Positions 1 to 13,909 of a stretch of 64,000 bases of DNA are shown piece after piece (position 1 is the stretch's first letter; every line of letters starts with the position of its first letter). Origin of the DNA: Trypethelium eluteriae (taxonomy: Eukaryota). Under the pieces are notes generated by a model. It was not told the origin of the DNA and did no database searches. It saw only the letters and a list, made by a program, of their open reading frames with translations. The position numbers were made by a program, and so were the translations under genes. The stretch is taken from NCBI GenBank assembly GCA_051942245.1, contig JAVECL010000032.1, positions 1 to 64,000 of the forward strand, written 5' to 3'.

Positions 1-621
1 GTGTTGGATAGGGTGTCGTTGATGGAGGGGATGGAGTAGAGGATCTGGGGGATTTGGAAAGTGGGAATGCATTGAGTCCTGACGTTGGTGCGTTTGCTAT
101 AGCAGCAGCACCTATGGGACCTACGAGGTGATGTTGTGAAAAGCAAGTGGGGACTTGGGATTGCCGTCGAATATATGGTTCCGATCACCATTCTCTTAAA
201 TCTTCCCTAAATGAGTACGCGAGGTATTCGATGGTGTCTGAATTTTACGTGAAGTCACGCCCTACAACTTATCGTTGGTATTTCGACTTCGTCAGTGCTA
301 AACACGGTGAATGCCCTATCGTTCTGCGTCTACCTACACTGGCAGGCTGCATAGGATGGTCAGCGTAGGATACCATCTGGGGGCTGTCAAAAATTCTAAG
401 GGACTAGCAGGTTTGAACTAATTGGTAGAGGATTCTTGTAGTTTCGTGGGTCGAGGAAATGCCCTCATACCCTTATTTCTCGGGTTAAGCCGCAATGCAA
501 CATTCTTGACCGCGTAGAGTGGCCACTGGTTGAAGACTGCTGGTATAATACTTCAAATTTATTTCCTTCGTCACTACCTAATTTCTCTACCTCGCTATTC
601 ACGGTGAAGTTGCTGAGGCCA

Positions 622-1713
622 CTATTGGACTCTGCCCAGTACGCAAGCACGTATCTCGGCAAGTAAATACGGTGCATCGCTTACCCTCGGTCCATCTTGG
701 AAAAACTGATGCGTCTGCGGTGCCTCCTTCAATGCCTCAACCTGACTTCTTATTTGCGTCAACCTTGCTCTCCACTTGCCATTTCCTACGTCCTCAACCT
801 TTCTGCCCGCTGAGACCGTCAGCATGACATCGATACCCTCTATCCCCTGCATAATCAACGCTGAAAGCCAAAGGCTTTGCTTCCAGTAAAATTCCCACAA
901 CACATCTACCCCTTCCTCAACGGCCCGCGAAGACGGTTCAGAAAATTGCGGCCCAATCTCCGACATTACTGATTTCCAACATCGAGACCATTCGGGGCAG
1001 CGCATGATTCCCATCAGGGCCAACTGATTGTGTGTCGTCCATAAAGTCGGCCACTTCTTATATGGTCCTGTTTCCAGCACCTCCAGGTATGGATGTGGAG
1101 GGGAGCACATAGGGTCTGGTATGCAATACTTCACAAACTCCAATCTTAGCTCGTATCCAAAGCTCGGCAATCCTTCCCCCGGATACAATACCGCGTCCAT
1201 GTCGCACCGAAATAGCTCTGCGTATATTAGCAGCTGCAGCGCTATCGGCTTCGGATCCATGGCCAGCCACACCGCGCCGCTGAACACGAATCCCTCTTCG
1301 TTCTCAGGCATCATCCCAGCGACAGCGGCATAAAGAGGCTTCAGCACACGAAATCGGGTCTGGTGCATCCTTCGGATGTCGTCTATGCGCAGACCACAGG
1401 TCTTGAGGCACAGAGCTAAGAGACCATCTACGCCGTCGCGGAAGGCATCGCGGAGTTCCAGGGTACGGGAAGCATCGGCAAGCGCCCAGCTAGAAAGTTG
1501 GCGTCCACAGCATAAGATGAGAAAGTGTGGGTCCGGGTCGATATAGATGCTATTTTGCGCAGCAGCGAGGCGAAGAATAGCGTTCGGTGAGGTAAGTTGG
1601 CAAGCACTCCGAAAAGAATGGCAGGTATTGGAAAGGTTGATGTGGTCCTCGATTGTAGGAAGCCCAGAGTATACGAGTGAAAGCAGCTCAGGAGGAAGGG
1701 ACAGAGTATGCAT
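622..1713 (-). CDS. F-box-like domain protein (fungal, uncharacterised)
   Basis: Intronless ~363-codon ORF. The N-terminus MHTLSLPPELLSLVYSGLPTIEDHINLSNTCHSFR matches the F-box pattern L..LP.E.L..I...L......L..TC..F. Confidence 0.65.
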   Translation of the reverse strand: MHTLSLPPELLSLVYSGLPTIEDHINLSNTCHSFRSACQLTSPNAILRLAAAQNSIYIDPDPHFLILCCGRQLSSWALADASRTLELRDAFRDGVDGLLALCLKTCGLRIDDIRRMHQTRFRVLKPLYAAVAGMMPENEEGFVFSGAVWLAMDPKPIALQLLIYAELFRCDMDAVLYPGEGLPSFGYELRLEFVKYCIPDPMCSPPHPYLEVLETGPYKKWPTLWTTHNQLALMGIMRCPEWSRCWKSVMSEIGPQFSEPSSRAVEEGVDVLWEFYWKQSLWLSALIMQGIEGIDVMLTVSAGRKVEDVGNGKWRARLTQIRSQVEALKEAPQTHQFFQDGPRVSDAPYLLAEIRACVLGRVQ

Positions 1714-2489
1714 TGCGAAACGCTGTAACAATCTTCCGATAAAATAGGATTCGAGGAAGTGGATGATAGGAGCCGTGTTGAAGTAGCAGTGTAAGCTACG
1801 CTATGGATCTTCGATAATAACTGAGACCTGGTGAAGAAGTGTACGTTGAGCTACGGATGTGCGAGATTTTTTATACTAGAGCTTGTGATGAACGTTACAA
1901 GAGTGTTAAATCACACTGACCAAGCAGGCGCAGCAATCACACTATTACGGCGTGATCAAGGAGTGACATATTGTGTTTCACGGGTCGGTCTTGATGTCTA
2001 ATAGGGAGTGACACAATCCTCGACCTTCACGAATCTTGCTGACGTTTAATGGTCTTGCCTTGCATTGAAAGGTGGCGTAGAGTAAATCCCTACAGTTTGC
2101 GAAGAACTTGAGCTACTTACTGCTCCACACAACTTACTGTGCCGGTAATTCTGCACACGCTGTCCTATTGCAGAAGCTCATCGGTCAGGCGTCATGAGAG
2201 ACGGATGCGTCTGGCTTTGAAAGACATCACTCCCTTACACCATAGCATGGTAAAGGCTCTGGGTGGGATTAAGGTGTCGTTAGAATGCAGTTGTTGAACC
2301 TGGCTGCTCCACGTCTAGTTCGATGTTAAAAAAAAATCGTAGAAGCATATAGCGTTCTCGCGAGGGTGGTGCATTTTGATCTGAAGCTGAACTGGCCAAG
2401 CCATCCAAATATGATTCGCTCCACTCTAATCTCGGGACAAGCTTTCGGCCGTTGCACAGTCACGTGATGGCAATTCAACAGCACTCGGA

Positions 2490-2833
2490 AAGCCTCGGAT
2501 ATGCCAAGAACAATCTTGACGATGAGCATCATTTAAAACCTAGGTATGGCACTGGAGCAGCTCATTGTATCTTACTACCAGCCAGAAAAATATCATGAAG
2601 CTATCGATGTAAAATTCACGTTTTGGCGATAAGATTAGGAGCTCGAACGCTTGACTTTAAGGGCAGCTTCAGTTTTCCCCATGCTTACCTCCCTCCGTAT
2701 CCTTGGAAATTCTGGTTCAGCATGGTCTATAAGAGTCCCACGACTTTCAGAAGAAGTTCTCGAGCTCCTCGAGGTGTATGCACAATGGAGTGTAAGGTCG
2801 ATGCCGAAACAGATGCGAGAAGGGGACATCTAG
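2490..2833 (+). pseudogene. Possible degraded TPR-repeat (kinesin-light-chain/NLR-type) gene relic
   Basis: Broken frames read TMSII*NLGMAL..SYYQPEKYHEAIDV and LTSLRILGNSGSAW..SEEVLEL, resembling fungal TL...NL..Y..Q.KY.EA TPR units. Stops and frameshifts are present. Confidence 0.25.
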
Positions 2834-3927
2834 GTAGGACTAACTAGCAATTTGGATCAACAATAAGGCGAGGAAAGACAAGCCCCAAAGTTAAGTAGCC
2901 CAGTACCTAAAACTGACCGAGCGTTGAAGGACAGCCAAATCCGCAAAATAAGGGAGTTTTGAAGGCAGTCATTAGCAATTCGTTGCTTTCTCCCCATTGT
3001 CTACATTTCCGACTCCTTTCAGTATCTCGGGACTAAAACACAGCCAGGCCAACACCGCTAGCATAGCCACCCAAAACCAGGGATGCTAACCATTGTTTCG
3101 TCCTCGACTGAGGCACTTTAGCTTCGAGAATATCTGAGCACTCTTCCGGGCTGATCTCTTTCATAGTCTTGACAGAAATCGGATGTCGCGCTGCGGTGCC
3201 TATCAATTTCAGCCGTATTGCGGTATTGTTCTCTGCCTTGTCCCCAGCGATTTTTGCCTTTTCGAATACGCTAAGACCAGGAGTGACAATGAAATCTCAC
3301 GCGTCCGCATAGGCATTACAGTACTACCAATGGAAATTCACCAGGATATCCAGTCTCATGCGCTTTGCGTCCGCCACAAGCCAATGGGATCAATGATGGT
3401 GATGCAATCACGGCCTCAGGTCCGAGCCCCCTGGCCTTTTTTCAGCCAAAACTCCATCGACGGGGTGACTTTGCAAACCCACTTCTCAAGAATGTGTTGC
3501 CTGCTTTTCGAATTCGAAGCATCAGCATGAACGTAGTCATTTCGAGTACAGCCTCACTTGATCGTGAAAGTGGCCGATTGCGTTGTTGAGAACGCCCTTC
3601 CACCTCATCCATCCGGTAAGCTGCGCACAGCTAACATCTTAGATGACCCCCAAGTCTTCTAAACAATGAGTTAAGGAATGCTGATTTGTCGACGCGATAT
3701 TGTGATCTACTTGTGCCTCTCAAGCTCCTTCACCCGAGATCATGAGCAACAGCCTCTTACACAGGAATCGGAGCCTTGCTATTCTTCGGGCGTAACAAGT
3801 CCCCATCCGCGCAATACAACCAGTGCATCCATGGATGGTCATCCCCACAGGCCGGAGGCGCGAATGATACCAACGTCAAGTATTGTCACCAATACGTGTA
3901 TGATTCCACCTGGGAGATTCGATTACA

Positions 3928-5025
3928 TCAAGTAGAGATGGGCTCCACCTGAACATTGACGGCTGACGAACTCTTCGCCTCCGCAAAGCGCCGCGTGGAA
4001 TTTTGCTGCATCGCTTCCACAGAGTACCATTTCTTCTTGCCGCCTCTCATCTCGAAAGCGACCTTGCCGTCGTTGGCCAGCTTACGAAGCACCTCGTCAA
4101 TGAATGGCTCCAAGACGAGAGACCGCGTGCCCTCGTCCAGCGCCTCACCGTAGATCTCGGTTACGATATCCTTGACCATGGCGCTCTTGTCGCCACGGCT
4201 GCGAATTCGGTTTAGCGCTTGCATGACTTGCCTCTCACGCCGCCATTTCTGGCTCAACTCCCCGGCGATTTTGGCCTGCAAGTTGGTGATTGTGACCCCG
4301 TGCGCAGGATAGCCAGTTGCGCACATCTGGGCTTTCATCTTCTGCAAGCTGGACATGAAGGTGCCTAGGTCCTCTACCGCGCTGGTACCGTGACCGAGGA
4401 TGTTGTCGCCAGTGAACATGGCCTGCTCCTCCTCCAGGATGAAACACATATGGTCTTCTGAGTGACCAGGCACGTGGAGAGCGCGGACGGTTGCGCCTTC
4501 GACCCTGAATATCTGCCCGTCGGTGATGCCCTGCTGGCCCCTGTCCGGTTCGTTCTTGTAGATGGAATCCTTGAGATACGGGAATAGGCGCAAAAGATCG
4601 GGAACGCCACCCGTGTGGTCGCCATGCCAATGAGTTAGTAGGACGTGGGACAGGCTAATGTTCATAGATTTGAGCGTCGATGCAATCAGTTCCGCCCATT
4701 CTGGCTCACCACCAGAGGTATCAATGACGATTCGTTGACGGCCGGTGCCTATGATGAATGTGTTGGTTCCTTGAAAAGTGAACTACGCAGAAGTTTCAGC
4801 CACTAGGACTTTCCCATGATTTCGTGTAGCGCAGGATGAAGCATTTACCTTTCCCGGATTCTGACCCAGTACGCGAAGTACTCGGGGTGTGAGCTGCTCA
4901 ACGTTTGCTAGCTGGGGTAGGTTTGCTGTTTGGCCCTTGAGATAGTCGTCGAATGCGCAGATGTTCAATGATTTATTAATCTGCCGGTAACCGCCCTTGT
5001 CGTCTTGCATAGTGCGTGCGTCCAT
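3928..5025 (-). CDS. mdpF: Metallo-beta-lactamase-type thioesterase (atrochrysone carboxyl-ACP thioesterase; MdpF/GedB/EncB-like)
   Basis: Exon 1 5025(or 5010)-4849 reads KGGYRQINKSLNICAFDDYL..VLRVLGQNPGK. Intron 4848-4783 is GTAAAT..TAG. Exon 2 4782-3928 has FTFQGTNT, the THWHGDHTGG metal motif, PGHSEDH, GDNILG and YPAHG. Symbol is by orthology. Confidence 0.93.
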
Positions 5026-5310
5026 GGCTTGCAGCAAGTATTAATGTATTAAAAAGAGTGCAATGACTTTGAATCGAATATCAGCATACGTCTGTTCTTG
5101 CAGCTTTTGTATAGAGACAATTTAAGCTTAATGACGAGACTTGGATAATGCTTGCTCAAAGGAACGTGACGTGAGTCCAGTTGTGCTAACAAAGTGATAA
5201 TAAACAAAACACAGACTGCCCTGTGCGGCACAAATTAATGCACGGATCTACTTAGCAACCTTTTCCCGGTGAGTTGGCGCATTTGTCTATTTCAGAGGCA
5301 GCCGTGAGAT

Positions 5311-5321
5311 TCGGACTCCGA
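5311..5321. promoter_or_regulatory. AflR-type binding site TCGGACTCCGA
   Basis: Perfect match to TCGSWNNSCGR in the divergent thioesterase/EthD intergenic region, ~290 bp upstream of the thioesterase ATG. The cluster encodes an AflR homolog. Confidence 0.55.
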
Positions 5322-6761
5322 TGCTACTCTAGTCCATGTAGTCGGAATTACCAGATTGACGAGCCACCACGTCGGTAGGTTTACCGTATCAGATCGGTGG
5401 GGCTGCGAAAGCCATCAGGCTTATGAAACTACCAGGACAGTAAAACCATCAGACCGGTAAAACTTAGAGGTAGATACTGTACCAGGACCGACGATCGGCC
5501 CTACGGACGGCTGCCACTACCTAGCTTTTAGCAGAGCGTTGCTCACGACGCGTCCGGAAATAATTCCAACAAGCACCCATATCAGCATACCCTCACATTG
5601 TCTGCGCATCATTTCCTATCAAGATTTTTTTCGAATGAGTTTTGCTCCGAGAAACTGTTGTTGAAAGTCCCGATTTTGTTTCGAGACTCGGGGCAATCCG
5701 TGAATTTCCGCAGGGTCCCTTAGGGAGCTCGGAAACTCTTGGGATGATAGGAATTGGAATCTCTCCGAGGGCATGTAAGTAAGACAGAATGAGATCTTGG
5801 TGGACTGCATTGTAAGACAATAGTATGCACACTGTTCAAGTCTGTACCCGCGGTAAATCTGGCCCCGCACTATCGTAGACTGAGATCCTGCAGTACATAA
5901 GGTACTCCGTACACAAGCCCAGAATTGTGCCGACTATGGGGCGCAGGGAGACGACATGTAGCCACATCCATCTACCTAGCAACTTCTGGAAAGTCACTCA
6001 GTTATATCGCCTATGCCGCTACCGACGCTATATTATCTGCCCGGCATACTCGTCGTTGGTCGGAGCCTCCGTCGGATCAGTGAAGGGTACAATAGCGATT
6101 GCCGTCCTACCAGCCGCCGTCCACTCTATTTGAGCCACGGCTTCCAGTTCCTAGCACGCTGAAACAGGCTAATGTATGGATACAGGCAAGGCGCCGCAAG
6201 GAATACGTGAATCTGCATAAATGGTTGCAGTCACCAAGACGAGCCTATTGGCGGCCTGGATGAGATAGAATCAGCGTCCAGCCACTGCGGCTGAGAGGCT
6301 CATCGTGGGGCCTAATTCAAACCGAATATAGCAGTCGATGCAGATTTCGGCCCATACTATGCAAGAATGACTGAACATCTAACGAAACAGGCCTCTTCCT
6401 AAAGCGGTGGCCCGTAAGCCAATCTTTGAAGCTGCAGAGTCAAGTAGCCGCGCCATTGCTTGTGCGTGTATCGAGTGCAGCGATTTGGCTATAACCACAC
6501 TTGTATGGACTGCCGATACGGCGAACTGAACTGACCTGGGGCTACGACGCCTCGGGATTACCAACAAAAGCACTCAATGGAGACCGGTAATAATGTCTTA
6601 TCCATTGTCCATCGGGCTAAATCAACGCCCCAAAGCTGTCGCATCACACATGCAGTTCCCCTTTTCTTTTCACTCCTTTCTCCGAAACCACGGACGTATT
6701 TCATATCTCTCTCATGACGCATGAGTATGATAGTACAAACATTAGTCTGGATAGGTGAACT

Positions 6762-7333
6762 ATGACAAGCTTCAACAAGCTCGAAACCACAATGTTGTCA
6801 AGCTCAACAAAGAGCAAGTACCTCTGCCTGACCATCTGCGGCTACCGGAAACCTGGAATGAGCGAGGAGGATTACCGTAATCATATGATGAATGTGTCGG
6901 CACCTATGACCAAGGGACTTATGGCCAAGTACGGAATCAAGAGATGGACACAGGTGAATTATTCTGTTGTTATGAAGACGAACTGCACAAATTTTTCCAC
7001 TAACGAGAAATAAGATCCATAATCAAAATGCTACACGCGCCCTGATGGCCGAGCTATACGATCCGCAGATGTGCAACGTCGCGGATTTTGACTGTTTCAG
7101 TCAAGTGGTATTCGAGACCGTGGAAGACTACAAGCGTATGAAGCAGGATCCGTGGTACAAGGAGCATCTAGTCGATGATCACGAAAAGTTCGCTGATACC
7201 AAGAAAAGCATGTAAGTATGCGCTAAAGCTCACCGACCAAACAGATTTATTAACTTCTGGCAGGATGACTATTGGGTGGATTGAGGAGTTCGTTAGGGAC
7301 GGTGAGGTTGTCGACGGTTTTACGATGTCTTAG
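6762..7333 (+). CDS. EthD-domain decarboxylase (TpcK/GedI-like)
   Basis: Three exons (6762-6953, 7015-7211, 7264-7333) with GT..AG introns. Reads [60 protein letters not shown], typical of the EthD proteins of emodin clusters. Confidence 0.9.
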
Positions 7334-8229
7334 CGGTTGGTCCCAGAATCTCTAGGCCTCAAAAGTGAATGTGTAGTCTCCCTAAGTGATAGAACAGCGA
7401 ATGCTTAGTCAACAGAATCATAATGTCAGCTGCTAAGTTGATTTCCAAAGCTGTCCATTCAGTCAATCAGTTTTTATAGAAATTAAGAATCATCGCCTGC
7501 ATCCTGCCGAGTCTAATCCCACTGTCTAATTAGTCTATACTTTCCTCGTAATGGATAAGCTCTACACGTTCGTCCTGCTGTTAGATCCGAAGATATCCTT
7601 ATATCTTGCGATACTGCCGCTGTTGAAAGGCCGCAGGCAGTGCAATGAAGAGCATTCATTTCCTTCGTGCAGGGCTGCAGGCTACATACGCAGTCAGGAT
7701 TAATTTGAAGACAGTGGAAGAGACTGTAGAGGCTCCAGTTAAAGGCTGAGTCGCCCCGTTCGGTTTCAGACTCGGGGTGAGCGAGCGTGGTGGGAAAAGG
7801 GCTGGCTTTGCGCGTGCGTAATAGGCATTGCCGGAAAAATTGGCCGAATGACAACTCGCCGAACCATGTAAGAACCCGAACATCGCGTAGCTATAACCTA
7901 TTTCGCCACCGTGTATGTAGCTGCATCTAAAATGCTCCGTTCTTGGACCTTGCTTCCGAACTCCATGGGACACCTCAGCACTAGGCGACACCGGTTAACA
8001 AAGCTGGTCGTGGTAGAACAGTTGAATAGGCATAGTGGCGTATTGCGCGGTTTTCCATGTTGGTTTTATCATGCGAGCGAAGTTCCGAAGTTGTCTTTGA
8101 TGTATATGGCTTGATAGCTGCAGCAGCAGACTCCACTGTGGAGTGTGTCTTTTCTAGTGTATACTCGGTTTCTGGGCATCGCTAATAGTTCAATTGCTCC
8201 TGTTCTGCCTCTTTCTCATTTCTCTCTTT

Positions 8230-8253
8230 TTGTTCTTGTTCTTGTTCTTGTTC
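8230..8253 (+). repeat. (TTGTTC)4 microsatellite inside a pyrimidine-rich tract upstream of the PKS start
   Basis: ttgttc ttgttc ttgttc ttgttc read directly, within a CT-rich 5' region at ~8195-8275. Confidence 0.8.
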
Positions 8254-8295
8254 TCCTTGTTCTTCTCCTTCTTCCGTCGCTGGCTGTTCACGTTG

Positions 8296-11200
8296 ATGCC
8301 CATCTATACTCCTACAACAAGTTCAGATTCCGACGGGGAGTCGCGCAAGATGGAGCTCCTCTTTTTCAGCAATGAGTTTCCGAGGGACGACCTGCAGGAC
8401 CTCTTCCGCCGTCTCCACAGCCACAGCAAGGATAAGCATCATCTGATCTTAGCCCGATTCATCAATGAAGCCACGTGGGCGATCAAGGATGAAGTTCGGA
8501 GGCTACCGACTGAGTTGAAGCGATTGATCCCACCATTTGAAACCATCTTGAGCTGGGCAGAAGATACAGGGCTTCGAGAAGGCCTGATCTGCGGTGCTGT
8601 GGATGGCGTACTGCTGGTTATGGTTCAGCTGGCGACGTACATTGGGTGAATGATCTCATCTATTAGAAGTATAACGAACCAACCATTAATCGATGTTTGC
8701 AGGTATGCCGAGAGCCATCCTGAAGAGCTGAGTGAATTTGCAAACACATGCCTTGCTGGCCTGGGTGTTGGCCTACTAGCATCGACTGCCGTCTCATTGT
8801 CATCAACGTTGGCCGACTTACCACTGGCCGGTGCAGATGCCGTCCGTTTGGCCTTCCGCATGGGTATCCATGTCTTGAGCGTATCAGAAAACTTGGAAGC
8901 CCGCGATCTGTCAGAAAGTCCAGATACGTGGGCGTATGTGGTTCACAACGTCGACCCAATTGCGGCCCAGAAGGAGCTGGACTCCATACACTCTCAAGAT
9001 TGGATACCTGATACTGGCAAGATATTTGTGAGCGCTATTAGTCGGACTTCAGTCACAGTGAGCGGACCACCAGCACGACTAAAGGCAATGTTCAACAAGT
9101 CAGGGTTCTTCCGCGGGTCAAAGTTCATTGCGCTCCCAGTCTACGGTGGCCTCTGCCATGCACCGCATATCTATGATCCGCAGGACGTGCAAAACATCGT
9201 CCACAGTAGCGCATTGAACGCCATCAGCGCAAAGTCCTGTCCGGTGATGCCAGTCTACTCGACAAGTACTGGTCTGCCGTACTCAGCCAAGAACGCAGTA
9301 GAGCTGCTGGAATGTGTAATATCAGAGCTCCTCACACAGGCAATCTGTTGGGACCATGTTATTCGTGGCGTGGTTGATCGAGTCAGAAGTACCGTTACGT
9401 CCGAGTCGGTACTGTACTGCTTTGGCAACTCCATGCCTCTCAATGATTTGAGCGCCGCCTTGAAGAGCAGCATGCCACATCTCGAGGTCTCGATCAATAA
9501 TCTCATACCATGGATCTCGCAGGTCATACCAAGAGATACAACGCCTCGCAGTACGGCACAGTCGAAGCTCGCCATCGTTGGTATGTCTTGTAGACTTCCT
9601 GGAGGCGCGATAAATACCGAGAAGTTCTGGGAGCTCCTAGAGAAGGGCCTGGACGTCTCAAGGCAAATCCCAGCGGATCGCTTCGACATCGCCACTCATT
9701 ACGATCCAACCGGTAAACAGCTGAATAAGAGCATGACGCAGTACGGCTGCTTTATTGATGAACCTGGCTTGTTTGATGCGCCCTTCTTCAACATGTCCCC
9801 GCGTGAAGTTCAAGTCGTCGACCCTCAGATGCGCTTGTCTCTTGTTACTGCATACGAAGCACTAGAGCGCGCTGGCTATGTCGGGAACCGCACTGCTGCT
9901 ACACAGTTGCAACGCATTGGGACATATTATGGCCAAGCTGCCGACGACTACCGTGAAGTCAACCAAAACCAGGAGGTCAGTACCTACTATATTCCCGGTG
10001 GTTGTCGTGCGTTCGGCCCTGGACGCATTAATTACTTCTTCAAATTCGCGGGTCCTAGTTATAGCATTGATACTGCTTGCTCTTCCGGACTTGCAGCGAT
10101 TGAGGTATGTGCACAACAAGGTGACATGCTCAGGATCAGAAAACACTGACCGAATATCCCTAGGTCGCCTGCCAAGCCCTATGGAATGGCGATGTAGATA
10201 CCGCGGTCGCTGGCGGCGTCAATGTGCTAACCAACCCAGACGGTTTCGCCGGTCTCTGTAACGGTCACTTCCTCACCAAAGGACACAATGCGTGTAAGAC
10301 CTGGGATGCCACAGCTGATGGGTACTGTCGTGCGGACGGCATTGGATCCATCATCATGAAGAGACTTGAGGACGCCGAAGCAGATAATGATAACATCTTG
10401 GGTGTAATTCTCGGCGCTGGAACGAATCACTCTGCTGAAGCAGTCTCTATCACCCATCCGCACGCAGGCCACCAAGCCTACCTATCCCGCCAGGTGCTTC
10501 GCCAATCCGGCGTGGACCCATTGGATGTGTCGTATGTGGAGCTCCACGGTACTGGTACTCAAGCCGGTGATCACGAGGAAATGCAGGGGATTTTGGATGT
10601 TTACGCTCCCCTCGCTAAGCGACGTAGTAAGGACCAGCCACTGCATATTGGCGCTGTTAAGGCAAACGTCGGCCACAGTGAGTCTGCTGCAGGGACGACG
10701 GCATTGATCAAGGTCCTTCTCATGCTCCAAAAGAACGCCATCCCGCCACATATTGGCATTAAAACGGAGATCAACCCCAGGTTCCCTCGAGACTTTGACA
10801 AGCGTAATCTTCATATTACTTCCGAGATAACGCCTTGGCCGCAGGTACCCGGTACGGGGAAGAGGCGCATTGCAGCTGTGAACAATTTTGGCGCCGCCGG
10901 TGGAAACACAACCATGATTCTGGAGGAGGCACCGATGCGGGATTCTTTCATTAGGATTGACCCGCGCCAGACTCATATCATCGCTGTCTCGGCTAAGACC
11001 AAGGGGTCGTTGGCAGGGAATATTGAGCGCTTGATTGCCCATTTAGACAAGCATCCCGATATCAATATCGCCGACCTTTCGTACACGACGACTGCACGTC
11101 GCTACCAGCATAGCCATCGTGTGACAATATCAACCTCTGACGTGGCCAATTTGAAGAAGCAGCTGACATCCCGCTTAGAAAAGATAAATTTGATCAAGCC

Positions 11201-13909
11201 GATTGGAAATTCCGGGCCACCACCGATCGCTTTTGCTTTTACTGGGCAGGGCGCTTCGTATAAGTCGATGAGCTTAGAGTTATACAGTGACGTATGCACA
11301 TTTCGGGAGCACATTCAGCATCTTGATTCTCTCGCCCGAGGCTTAGGCTTTCCATCTTTCATTCCTGCTCTCGATGGATCGCATCCCAAGGATCATGCGC
11401 ATTCTCCAGTCGTTACTCAGCTTGCTCTAGTCTGCACTGAGATTGCTTTGGCCAAGTACTGGGCTTCTCTTGGAGTTAAGCCAGATATCGTTATAGGCCA
11501 TAGCCTAGGCGAGTACGCAGCAATGCACGTAGCTGGCGTAGCTACTGCCAGCGACACTATATTCATGGTGGGACGCCGGGCACAAATGCTCCAAGAAAGA
11601 TGCACGATTGGCAGTCACACCATGATGGCCGTTCGAGCTTCTCTTCCGCAGATCGCTGAGAGCTCAGGAGGCAAGCCGTACACGATTGCTTGCGTCAACA
11701 GTCCTTTAGATTCAGTACTCAGTGGCACCAAGGAAGAGATGGATGAAGTCACTGTGCCACTCGAGCAGGCCGGCTATCGATGCATCAAGCTAGACGTCGC
11801 TTTTGCTTTCCACTCGGAGCAGACTGACCCTATTCTAGACGACTTTGAGACCATTCTAAAAACGGGCGTCCTGTTCCAGGAGCCGAAGCTGCCAGTCATC
11901 TCGCCACTGCTCGGTAAAGTCGTTTTTGATGGTAAGACGCTGAACGCAAAGTATGTTCGCCGAGCCACCAGAGAGGCGGTTGACTTCCTCTCTGCTTTGG
12001 AAAACGCTCAGAAGATTTCCACTATTAGCGACGAGACTATTTGGATCGAAATTGGGCCACATCCAGTTTGCACCGGCTTCGTTAAATCTACCATCCCATC
12101 CACTGAGCTCGCGATCCCGTCAATGCGCCGCGGAGACGACAATTGGAAGACCATAGCTGAGAGCATGGCTGCTCTACATCTTACTGGTGTCGAGATCAAT
12201 TGGAGTGAGTTCCATCGTCCCTTTGAGAGCAGACTGCGCCTTCTGGATTTACCGACGTACGCATGGAATGACAAGAATTACTGGCTGCAGTACCAAGGCG
12301 ACTGGTGCTTAACCAAGGGCAATTCTTTTTACGAGGCCGAGAAGGAGGCGGCCAGGGCGAAGGCGGCATCGAAGACATCGCCGTCAAGTGCGATTCAGAC
12401 ATCGACAGTGCAGCAGATCATCGAGGAGAGTTTCAACAACTCAGCTGGCACGGTGGTCATGCAGTCCGATCTTATGCAGCCAGACTTCCTCGCTGCCGCT
12501 CATGGACATCGCATGAATAACTGCGGTGTCGTCACATCCGTAAGTCTCCTCTTCGTGAGATCCTTCCGCTGTAGATGTTCACATACGTGTAGTCTATCCA
12601 TGGCGACATTGCTTACACGCTCGGTGGCTACCTGTACCGTAAACTACACCCGAAGGCCAAGGACGTCAGCATGAATATTGCCAATCTGGTTGTCACAAAG
12701 GGTCTCGTTGCTCAGAGCAATAACAAGATGCCTCAGTTGATCCAGGTGACTGCTAGAACTGCCGATGATCACTCCAATGGAGTTGACTTGACATGGCAAA
12801 ACGTGGACAACGACGGCAACATCCACGAACCATTCGCTACGGCAAACGTATTTTTTGGCGATGCAGCTGAATGGCTTTCTTCTTGGTCTCCCGTTGCTCA
12901 TCTTATCCAGAGTCGGATCGAAGCGCTCGAGCGTCTGGCTGCAGAAGGCACTGCCAACCGCTTTTCGCGTAACATGGCATACACCCTTTTTGCCAGCAAC
13001 CTAGTTGATTATGCCGAGAAATACCGTGGGATGCAGTCCGTAGTGATGCACGAGCTGGAAGGGTTTGCTGACGTCCAGCTCACGACCAAGGAAGGAGGTG
13101 TCTGGACCGTTCCACCGTACTTTATCGACAGTGTTGCACACTTGGCTGGATTCATTATGAACTGTTCCGACGTCATGGATGCACAGAATAACTACTGCGT
13201 CACTCCTGGATGGAAGTCAATGCGACTCGCGAAATCTCTGGTCCCCGGAGCCAAGTATCGCTCATACGTCAAGATGATTCCGACGATCGAGGACCCAACG
13301 AATTTCTTTGGTGATGTGTACGTGATGCAAGATGGTGTCATCGTGGGCATGGTCAGTGGTATTCAATTCCGCCGTTATCCACGCATCCTGCTCAGCCGAT
13401 TCTTCTCTCCGCCAGACAAGATGGCTGCCATGGAGGGTACACCGAAGGCCGCTGCTACTCACCCGCCTCGAGTTTCAGCGACAGCAGCGTCAAAGGCCAA
13501 CACACCGGAGCCAAAACAGACACATTCTCGCCATGAATCCGGTCCTGGCAGCGAAAGCGAGCGGAGCAAGCCTGTGCCTGCCACCAATCTTCCAGATGTT
13601 GCGTCCGCTCCTTCGAAAGACGCAAGACCCGCTGCCAGCGATGCTGCAGGACCATCTGTCGAATCTGCCGCCGCTTCCGACAGCATCGCTGCCAAAGCGC
13701 TCGTACTCATTGCCAAGGAGGCTGCCCTGGAGATTTCCGATCTGGAAGATGAAGTCAGTTTCGGTAATCTGGGTATTGACAGTCTGATGTCACTGGTGAT
13801 TGCGGAGAAATTTAGGAAGGACCTCGATGTTAAGGTCAGCAGCAGCCTTTTCTTGGATTACCCGACGATCGGTGATTTGCGGAAGTGGCTGGAGGAGTAT
13901 TATAGCTAG
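8296..13909 (+). CDS. mdpG: Non-reducing iterative type I PKS, SAT-KS-AT-PT-ACP without TE (atrochrysone carboxylic acid synthase; MdpG/GedC/EncA-like)
   Basis: Exons 8296-8645, 8703-10104, 10164-12539 and 12593-13909 with canonical introns. Motifs: [75 protein letters not shown]. The protein ends after the ACP, and a discrete MbL-TE lies nearby. Symbol is by orthology. Confidence 0.95.
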
